A DNA stretch of 64,000 nt, from assembly GCA_963822445.1 (NCBI GenBank), contig CAWGHO010000002.1:1664001-1728000 (forward strand), given 5' to 3'. A model generated the notes under the pieces. The model was not told where the DNA came from. It made no database searches and saw nothing but the letters and a program-made list of their open reading frames with translations. A program made the translations under genes and the position numbers. Below, piece after piece: positions 47,873 through 56,822 of this stretch; position 1 is the first letter of the stretch, and each line of letters opens with the position of its first letter. The DNA is from an uncultured Acidobacteriota bacterium (GTDB taxonomy: Bacteria > Acidobacteriota > Thermoanaerobaculia > Gp7-AA8).

Positions 47873-48250
47873 ATGGCTGACTCGGAACAGGATGCTCGCG
47901 AAGACGTAAACACGGTCCCGGCGGAAGACGGGACGACCTGGATCGAGATCGCCAGCACGGGCACCGCGGATGAAGCCAACCTGCTGGCCGGATTTCTCGA
48001 GGCCGAAGGCATCACCGCGCAGATCGAGAACGTGAAGTTCCAGATGGAGCCGATCAACTTCGGGGCGATGGGCGACATCCGCGTGTACGTTCAATCGACG
48101 GACGAGAGCCGCGCGCAACAGCTGCTGCGCGAGCGCGAGCAGGCCTATCAGAAGCTCGATGACGATGACGAAACGCTGGTGACCGACGAGGGGGTTGCGA
48201 CGGTCGACGAGAACTCGCAATCCGAAAGCGATGACGGAGCCAACTCCTGA
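47873..48250 (+). CDS. DUF2007-like acidic protein
   Basis: AAGGAG SD; EANLLAGFLEAEGI...IRVYV...AQQLL. Confidence 0.8.
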   Translation: MADSEQDAREDVNTVPAEDGTTWIEIASTGTADEANLLAGFLEAEGITAQIENVKFQMEPINFGAMGDIRVYVQSTDESRAQQLLREREQAYQKLDDDDETLVTDEGVATVDENSQSESDDGANS

Positions 48251-48818
48251 AGAAGAACGCGATCTAGGCCCCGTGCCGGCGGTCATGCCGCGGTGGGTGC
48301 CCGTTCTCATCGGAGCGATCCTGGTGGGATTGGCGGGACTGGCCGTCTTCACCGGTCTGCGGTATCGCCAGGATCAGACGCTGGTCGATCGCATTGGCGA
48401 ATCGTCGCGCCGCACCGGTCAAAACTCCGCCGCGCCTCCGGGCGAGCCGGGCGCCGGCTCTTCGCTGGTGCTGCCTGAAAACACACCCGCGGCGAATGCG
48501 CCGATTGCCGGCGACGCCCGCGCGGCGATCAGCGGCGGCGGCGCGGGCGGTGTGCAGTCGACCGTGCGCATCTGGGCGCGGCGGGGAATGGTGCTGAACG
48601 TCCTGCCCGATGACGCGCTCGTGTACGTGAACGACATGCCCATCGGCGACGTGCGGCAGTTCAACTCGATGGACGAAGCCTTCGAATTCGCCGAGCCGGG
48701 CAGCTACACGATCAAGATTGCCGCCGACGGCCATGGCATGCGCCAGTTCGTGGTGACCGTCGCCGAAAACGCGCCGAACGACGTGGCGCGGATCAGCGCG
48801 AAACTCGAGAAGCAGTAG
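48231..48818 (+). CDS. Membrane-anchored protein with a PEGA-like domain
   Basis: One TM; VLPDDALVYVND...PGSYTIKIAADG. Confidence 0.7.
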   Translation: MTEPTPEEERDLGPVPAVMPRWVPVLIGAILVGLAGLAVFTGLRYRQDQTLVDRIGESSRRTGQNSAAPPGEPGAGSSLVLPENTPAANAPIAGDARAAISGGGAGGVQSTVRIWARRGMVLNVLPDDALVYVNDMPIGDVRQFNSMDEAFEFAEPGSYTIKIAADGHGMRQFVVTVAENAPNDVARISAKLEKQ

Positions 48819-48970
48819 GCAGTACGGCCGCTTCGCGGCCTCGCAGTAGGCGGTAGGCAGTGGGCCGCCACCCCCATCCACGATGAAAAAGCGTCTCGCG
48901 CGTCTTCACTGCCTACTGCAGGCCGCGTAGCGGCCGTACTGCCTACCGCGAGGCGCGCAGCGCCGTACTG
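48812..48970. repeat. Palindromic element built from GCAGTAG heptamers
   Basis: Arm 48812-48862 is complementary to arm 48907-48949; lies between convergent genes. Confidence 0.85.
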
Positions 48971-48972
48971 TC

Positions 48973-51069
48973 TCAGTGCGCGGCGGCCTGCGCTTCCTTG
49001 GCCTTCTTCGAATCCGTGATGATCTTCTCCTGCAGTCCCCGCGGCACTTCTTCGTAGTGCGAGTACTCCATGTGGAAGCTGCCGCGTCCCTGCGTGATCG
49101 AGCGCAGCGTCGAGCCGTAAGTCAGCATCTCCGCGAGCGGCACGCGGGCCTTGATCGTCTGCGTGTCCTCTTCGGCATCGACACCCTCCACGCGGCCGCG
49201 GCGTGAATTCAGGTCGCCCATGATGTCGCCGACGTATTCGGCCGGCGCGCTGATGTCGACGTGCATGATCGGCTCGAGCAGCGTCGGGCGCGCCTTCTCC
49301 ATCGCTTCCTGATACGCGAGCGATCCCGCGATCTTGAATGCCATTTCCGAGGAGTCGACGTCGTGGTACTGGCCGTCCTTGAGCCGGACGCGGAAGTCGA
49401 CCATCGGGAAGCCGGCCAGGTAACCCTTCACCCGCGCGTCCTGAATGCCCTTTTCCACCGCGGGGATGTACTGCCGCGGAATCGATCCGCCGAAGATCTC
49501 GTCGACGAACTCGAAGTCCGCGCCGCGCGGAAGCGGTTCGACGCTGATCTTGCAGTCGGCGAACTGGCCGTGACCGCCGGACTGCTTCTTGTGGCGTCCA
49601 TGCGCGTCCGCAGGCTTGGTGATGGTCTCGCGATACGGCACCTTCGGCGGATGCAGCACCACGTCGACGTTGTATTTCTTCTTCAGCTTCGCGACGACGA
49701 TCTCGACGTGGAGCTGACCCTGACCGCTGATCAGAAACTCTTTCGTCATCTCGTCGCGCGCGAACTTGATGGTCGGGTCTTCCTCGATGATGCGATGAAT
49801 GGCCGCGCCGAGCTTGTCTTCATCGCCGCGTGCTTTCGGTTCAACCGCAAACGCGATCGCCGCCTCGGGGTAGGACATGAAGTCGAGCGTGATCGCGTGA
49901 TCCTTCGCTGAGATCGTGTCGCCGGTGAACGTGTCCTTCAGCTTCGCCACCGCGCCGATGTCGCCGGCCTTGAGCTCGGAAACGGGAAGCTGCTGCTTGC
50001 CCTGCAGCACCTGCAGCTTGCCGATGCGCTCTTCATGCTCGCGTGACGTGTTCCAGTAAGCATGATCCGACTGCAGCGTGCCGGAGTAGACCCGGAACAG
50101 GGAAACGCGTCCGGAGAAAGGATCCGAGAAAGTCTTGAAGACCAGTGCGGAAGGGAACGCTTCCGGACGGCGATCGAACTCGATCTCCGCGCCCTTGCGA
50201 TCCTTTCCTTTCACCTTCTCGGCCTGAGCCGGAGAAGGAAGCAGCGCGACGAGCGCGTCGAGGATCGGCTGTCCGCCGATGTTGTGCGAGGCGGAGCTGA
50301 AGAAGACCGGGTAGATCTGATGATGGGCGACCTCGCGGCTCATGCCGTCGAGCAGCTCTTCCTGCGACAGTCCGCCCTGCTCGAAGAACTTCTCCATCAG
50401 CGTGTCGTCGCCCTCGGCCACTTTCTCGATCAGCTTCTCGCGCCACCCGTCGGCGTCGGCCTTCATGTCCGCGGGGATCTCTTCGAGCGAGAACTTTCCC
50501 GAACCGTCTGCGTTGTAGATGTAGGCCTTCATGGCCACGAGATCGATGACGCCTTTGAAATCCTTCTCTTCACCGATGGGCAACTGCACCGGCACGACGT
50601 TCTTGCCGAACTTCTTCTGCAGCGCTTCGAGCGTGCGGGTGAAGGAGGCGCGGTCGCGATCCATCTTGTTCACGATGATCACGCGCGGCAGGTGGTACTC
50701 CTCGGTGAACTTCCAGACCTTCTCGGTCGTGACCTCGACGCCGGTCACGCCGCTGACCACGATCGCGGCCGAGTCGGCGATGCGCAGCGCACCCTTCGCT
50801 TCCATGATGAAGATTCCGAAGCCGGGCGTATCGATGAGGTTGATCTTCGTGTCTTTCCATTCCGCGAAGGCCACGGCGGCGGAGATGGAGTGCTTGCGCT
50901 CGATCTCATCGGGATCGAAGTCGGTGACCGTGGTCCCGTCGTCGATCCGCCCCATGCGTGTGTTCGCACCCGCGTTGAACAGGAGTTGGGAAACGAGCGT
51001 TGTTTTGCCCGTGTCGTTGTGCCCGACGATTGCTACGTTGCGAATCTCGGAACCGGAATAGACCTTCAT
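48973..51069 (-). CDS. fusA: Elongation factor G-like protein (EF-G2 type)
   Basis: GHNDTGKT, DTPG, NKMD, KKQSGGHGQF, YHDVDSS, MGDLNSRRG; lacks the canonical RGITI, so it is a paralogue type. Confidence 0.92.
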   Translation of the reverse strand: MKVYSGSEIRNVAIVGHNDTGKTTLVSQLLFNAGANTRMGRIDDGTTVTDFDPDEIERKHSISAAVAFAEWKDTKINLIDTPGFGIFIMEAKGALRIADSAAIVVSGVTGVEVTTEKVWKFTEEYHLPRVIIVNKMDRDRASFTRTLEALQKKFGKNVVPVQLPIGEEKDFKGVIDLVAMKAYIYNADGSGKFSLEEIPADMKADADGWREKLIEKVAEGDDTLMEKFFEQGGLSQEELLDGMSREVAHHQIYPVFFSSASHNIGGQPILDALVALLPSPAQAEKVKGKDRKGAEIEFDRRPEAFPSALVFKTFSDPFSGRVSLFRVYSGTLQSDHAYWNTSREHEERIGKLQVLQGKQQLPVSELKAGDIGAVAKLKDTFTGDTISAKDHAITLDFMSYPEAAIAFAVEPKARGDEDKLGAAIHRIIEEDPTIKFARDEMTKEFLISGQGQLHVEIVVAKLKKKYNVDVVLHPPKVPYRETITKPADAHGRHKKQSGGHGQFADCKISVEPLPRGADFEFVDEIFGGSIPRQYIPAVEKGIQDARVKGYLAGFPMVDFRVRLKDGQYHDVDSSEMAFKIAGSLAYQEAMEKARPTLLEPIMHVDISAPAEYVGDIMGDLNSRRGRVEGVDAEEDTQTIKARVPLAEMLTYGSTLRSITQGRGSFHMEYSHYEEVPRGLQEKIITDSKKAKEAQAAAH

Positions 51070-51175
51070 GAGCTCGACTCCGACACAAGGGATTTAGAGA
51101 CAGGCGTGACATCATAATTGAAACGCTGGCCGTGGTTGCCGGGGCCGGGCGCACCACCTTGGAGGGGAGTTATCA

Positions 51176-53263
51176 TTGGCGGCTCATGGCAGTGCGACCT
51201 CCGCGGGAGAACCTCCCCACTTGAAGCTTGGCCGTTATGAAGTGGTTCGTGAACTTGGCAAAGGGGCGATGGGCATCGTCTACCTCGCCAAGGACCCGCT
51301 CATCGGCCGGCTGGTCGCGCTGAAGACCATTCGCGGCGCCGCGCACGCGGACGACGACGAGACCCAGGAGTTCCAGCAGCGCTTCATCCGCGAGGCCCAG
51401 GCCGCGGGCATCCTCAACCATCCGTCCATCGTCACCGTCCACGACATCGGTCTGGACGAGGGCACCAACACGAACTTCATCGCCATGGAGTACGTGGAGG
51501 GGAGCAACCTCAAGGAAGTGCTCTCGCAGGGTCGCGCGCTTTCGTTCGAGCAGATCGGCGACATCGTCGCGCAGGTCGCCGAGGCGCTCGACTTCGCGCA
51601 TTCGAAAGGCATCGTTCACCGCGACGTGAAGCCGGCGAACATCATCCTGCTCGAAGGCAACCGCGCGAAGATCACCGACTTCGGCATCGCCAAGATCGCA
51701 TCGGGCGCGGCGAACCTCACCTCCACCGGCCAGTTCCTCGGCACCCCGAACTACATGGCGCCCGAGCAGATCAAAGGCGCTCCGGTCGACGGACGCACGG
51801 ACATCTTCGCGCTCGGGATCTGCCTGTATGAATGTCTGACGCGGCGGAAGCCGTTCGGCGGCGATTCGCTGACGTCGATCTCCTACAAGATCGTGCACGA
51901 GCCTTTCCCGCCGCTGCACGAGATCAATCCGCAGATCCCCGACGGGTTCGAGGAAGTGATCGCGAACTGCCTGGCCAAGGATCCGGCGAAGCGTTACCAG
52001 CGCGCGCGGGACATGGCCACTGCCCTGCGGTCCGTGATGCGCGGCGAGAAGCCGGTGCGGCCCGCCGAGCCGATGCTCGCCGACGAGACCATCGTCACGC
52101 GCACCGATCGCGACAAACAGCCGACGCTGGAAGTGCCGTTCCCCGACGCCGCGGAAGCCAGCGCCAGCTCGCCCGGTGTTCCGCTCGATGCGAATGTCGG
52201 CGGCAGCACGCGCCCCGCTTCGAAGGCGATGGGAGCCGTTGCCGCGGCGAACGCGCCTCCACGCACTCCGTCGTCGCCGATCGCGCTGCGCATGCGCAAA
52301 ACGCTGACGAATGTTCGCGCGTTGCCCGCGTGGCGGCGGCGCGTGCCGCCGGCGGTCTTCATCGCCGTCATCGCCTTGCTCGTCGCCGGTCTGGTCGGCG
52401 CCGTCGCCTCCATTCGAAGCAAAGCCGCGAAACCGCCGGTCGTCGACACGACTGCAGAAGTGCGGCGCGCGAAAGAGCGCCAGCTGCGTGAAGAGGGAAA
52501 TGCTCTTCTGCGGCAGGGCCGGGTCACCGATGCGTACGCGAAGTACGAAGAGCTCAGCAGACTCGCGCCGCGCTCTCCGTTCGTGACCACGATGATGCAG
52601 AAGCTGAGCGCGATCCGGCAGCAGGAAGAGGTCAGCAAGGCCCAAATCGCACAGGCGAAGGCGAAGTTCGATGAAGGCCTCGTGCTGTTCAACGAGAAAA
52701 AGTATCCGGATGCCATCATCCGGTTTCAGGAATCGTTCACCCTCAATCCGAGCTCGAACGAGACCGCCGAGTATCTGAAACTGGCCCAGGCCGAGCAGCA
52801 GAGGATCGATCAGGCCAGGGCGGCGAGGTCGCGCACGAGCACCGCCAAGACTGCCCAATTGCCACCGCCGGGCACCACGACCGGAGCCGGAACGGCGGGC
52901 GACGGCGGGTCGCAGCCCGCGGCCAGCACCGCGCCGGCGCAGCTCACCACATCCTTTACTCATCCCTTCACCGACGGGCGGATCGTCGTGCGCGCCGGTG
53001 CGGACATCGTCGCCAACGAGCAGCTCTTCGATGAACGGCCGCGGCGGGTGTTCCGCGCCGCGACGCGCGTGCCGCGCAACATCAATGTCACGCACTCGCT
53101 GCCCGCGAAAAATGCCGACCTGCAGGTGTGGGTCACCGTTCCCAACGCCAAGGTGCAGGAACATCACGTGCTGCCCGCGGTCCGCTTTCAATCCGGCCAG
53201 ACCCTGCGCCTGATCGTGCGCTACGACGCGGCCTCGAAGCGCTTCACGTACGAAGTGCATTGA
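51176..53263 (+). CDS. Membrane Ser/Thr protein kinase (PknB-like) with extracytoplasmic TPRs
   Basis: LGKGAMG, VALK, HRDVKPAN, DFGIAK, GTPNYMAPE; TM; TPR-like helices. Confidence 0.93.
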   Translation: MAAHGSATSAGEPPHLKLGRYEVVRELGKGAMGIVYLAKDPLIGRLVALKTIRGAAHADDDETQEFQQRFIREAQAAGILNHPSIVTVHDIGLDEGTNTNFIAMEYVEGSNLKEVLSQGRALSFEQIGDIVAQVAEALDFAHSKGIVHRDVKPANIILLEGNRAKITDFGIAKIASGAANLTSTGQFLGTPNYMAPEQIKGAPVDGRTDIFALGICLYECLTRRKPFGGDSLTSISYKIVHEPFPPLHEINPQIPDGFEEVIANCLAKDPAKRYQRARDMATALRSVMRGEKPVRPAEPMLADETIVTRTDRDKQPTLEVPFPDAAEASASSPGVPLDANVGGSTRPASKAMGAVAAANAPPRTPSSPIALRMRKTLTNVRALPAWRRRVPPAVFIAVIALLVAGLVGAVASIRSKAAKPPVVDTTAEVRRAKERQLREEGNALLRQGRVTDAYAKYEELSRLAPRSPFVTTMMQKLSAIRQQEEVSKAQIAQAKAKFDEGLVLFNEKKYPDAIIRFQESFTLNPSSNETAEYLKLAQAEQQRIDQARAARSRTSTAKTAQLPPPGTTTGAGTAGDGGSQPAASTAPAQLTTSFTHPFTDGRIVVRAGADIVANEQLFDERPRRVFRAATRVPRNINVTHSLPAKNADLQVWVTVPNAKVQEHHVLPAVRFQSGQTLRLIVRYDAASKRFTYEVH

Positions 53264-54078
53264 GCACGTTCCGCATTGCCACCCGCGACGAGCTCTGGTC
53301 GCACGGCCGCCTCATCGAGTCGCGTCTTTCTCACGGCGAAGCTGTCGAGGATGAAAGCGGCATCATCGCCAGCGATGCGTGCGACGACTCGCTGGTCGCG
53401 ATCTGCGAGCGGGAGCTGTTGCGGTTGCGCGCGGCGATGCCCCGTGATGCGCGCGTGCGGCTCGTTGCCGAGGCCAGTACCGATGGCGTGAGCGCGACGA
53501 TGACCATTCGGAGGAATGGGCTGTCGATCGTGACGACGCCCGAGCATGCGAAAGAGGACGACGCCCGTGTAGTGTGGGCCTCCGGCCTACCCCCCGACGC
53601 AGAAGAGGTAGGCCGGAGGCCCACACTACACCTCTGGAAAAACGGCACCGCCGCGGTCCTGCTGCACGAAGCCATCGGCCACGCTGCCGAGCACGATCAC
53701 GAGCCCATTGACTGGCCAAAGTGGCTGTCCGTCGACCTCGGTCTCCGCCTTCGCCGCGAGACCTTCCGCGACGTGCCGCTACGGCGCATGTCGCACGTCG
53801 TCGTCACGCAGACGAATGCGCCATTCGAAATGCCGCGGGAAGCGATCGAAGTCGTGCTGGTGAGCGGCGGCACGTACGAGCCGCTGACGCAAACCGTGAC
53901 GCTGCAACTCATCGCCTCGAACGCGGCTCCGTTCGAATATCGGGCGACCAGGCAGGAGATCGTGCGGTCGCTCATCGGCGCGACCGGCGATCCGATCCGC
54001 TATCCCGGCGTGATCTGTTCGCGCGAAGGGCAGGAGCTCGTCGTGCCCTGCTCCGCGCCGTTGATGGTGACGCGATGA
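53260..54078 (+). CDS. Minimised TldD-like zinc metalloprotease (272 aa)
   Basis: AVLLHEAIGHAAE (HExxGH), RRETF...PLRRM, terminal CSREGQ...V; TTGA overlap with the kinase. Confidence 0.72.
   Translation: MSTFRIATRDELWSHGRLIESRLSHGEAVEDESGIIASDACDDSLVAICERELLRLRAAMPRDARVRLVAEASTDGVSATMTIRRNGLSIVTTPEHAKEDDARVVWASGLPPDAEEVGRRPTLHLWKNGTAAVLLHEAIGHAAEHDHEPIDWPKWLSVDLGLRLRRETFRDVPLRRMSHVVVTQTNAPFEMPREAIEVVLVSGGTYEPLTQTVTLQLIASNAAPFEYRATRQEIVRSLIGATGDPIRYPGVICSREGQELVVPCSAPLMVTR
53567..53631. repeat. Perfect 25-bp inverted repeat inside a CDS (GTAG-REP-like)
   Basis: GTGTAGTGTGGGCCTCCGGCCTACC-N15-GGTAGGCCGGAGGCCCACACTACAC. Confidence 0.92.
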
Positions 54079-54827
54079 TCTACCGCAAGCAGGGCGCGGT
54101 CGCGCGTTGGGAAAACGGCACGCTCGTCCGTGTGACGGAAAGCGGCGTCGCGTTCGAAGAAGGGGAGACGTTCACCTGCCGGCCGGAAGGACGAACGTCG
54201 CTCGCTGTCGATCCGGGCCGCGTCGTCGAAACGGCACGGGCCATTCACGACATCACCAACAGAGTCGAGCGGCTGCTCGTCACCGAAGGCATCGCCGAGC
54301 ATGACTGGGACGGCCGCACGTGGCGCGATCACACCGAGCGCATCCACCTCTCGCTCGTTCGCGATGCGACCCGCGCCCTCATCGACATCGGCTCCTTCGA
54401 TCTGCACGATGTTCGCGTCGTCGCGAGCGCGCTCGAGCGCATGGTCGCCGAGCGCGAAGCGCCTCCGCGTCTCCGCCTGGCGCGAAACGTCACCGCTGCA
54501 CTGCTGCCGTCGCTCATCGGCGTCGAGCCTCCGAACGTCGAACTGACGTACACGCTGGACTGGTTCCGTCCGAGCTACCGCGTCCGTCCCGTCAAGATCC
54601 CCATGAACGTCGCTCTGCGCTGCGACGTCACGGAGATCGATGCGACGCGGCCGATCGCCGTGGCCGTCCTCGAGCCGGTGCAGGGTCTGACTTTTCGCGT
54701 CCTCGTCGACGACGGCGAAGTCGCCTGGCCGGCCACCGTTCGCCTGGTGCGGATCGACGCCGTGGCCCGGGACCTGGTCTGGTATCCCTACGGCGGCGGT
54801 TCCTTCGGCGCGGAGATGATGCTTTAA
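54075..54827 (+). CDS. Hypothetical protein, possible minimised TldE/PmbA partner (250 aa)
   Basis: ATGA overlap; RPSYRVRP...MNV resembles the PmbA R.SY...P...N segment; no HExxH. Confidence 0.55.
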   Translation: MIYRKQGAVARWENGTLVRVTESGVAFEEGETFTCRPEGRTSLAVDPGRVVETARAIHDITNRVERLLVTEGIAEHDWDGRTWRDHTERIHLSLVRDATRALIDIGSFDLHDVRVVASALERMVAEREAPPRLRLARNVTAALLPSLIGVEPPNVELTYTLDWFRPSYRVRPVKIPMNVALRCDVTEIDATRPIAVAVLEPVQGLTFRVLVDDGEVAWPATVRLVRIDAVARDLVWYPYGGGSFGAEMML

Positions 54828-54839
54828 TTCGCCGCGTCC

Positions 54840-55091
54840 TTGAGCGCCACCGCCAAACGCATCGAATTTCTCGCCCGCGCGATCGTCAACCGCCTGGAAG
54901 ACCGCGGGCTGATGGAGTTCTCGGATGCCGAGGCGGTGATCACCGTGGTGGCGAAGGCGCTGAGCGACAACTTCGCCGCCGTCGCCGCGATCGAAGACGA
55001 GGCCCGCCAGCGCCTCGGCGACCGCGCCTCCGACCATCACGTCGAGGAAGAGATGCGGCGCATCGCCGCGGAACGGAACTTCATCCTTTAA
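54840..55091 (+). CDS. DUF507-family protein
   Basis: RIEFLARAIV..L; IEDEAR; RRIAAERNFIL C-terminus. Confidence 0.75.
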   Translation: MSATAKRIEFLARAIVNRLEDRGLMEFSDAEAVITVVAKALSDNFAAVAAIEDEARQRLGDRASDHHVEEEMRRIAAERNFIL

Positions 55092-56621
<1,530 letters not shown>

Positions 56622-56753
56622 CCGGCCCGTAACTTCGTTTTTCTGAAGCATTCCGTCCGCAAATCCGAATCCGAGGGCCCGCCGCAATATCCAAAAAACC
56701 CGTAACTAGTGCAGTTTGTGTGTCTTGCGAGAATTGGCGCTCCGGCAGGGGGT

Positions 56754-56782
56754 TTGCCAGATCAGTAGCAAGTAGCTAGAAT
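56754..56782 (+). promoter_or_regulatory. Sigma70 promoter of the TonB receptor
   Basis: TTGCCA-17 nt-TAGAAT, followed by AAGGAGG SD. Confidence 0.7.
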
Positions 56783-56822
56783 CCCGAAACTTTCTGTAAG
56801 GTCCAAAGAAGGAGGAGCTCTT

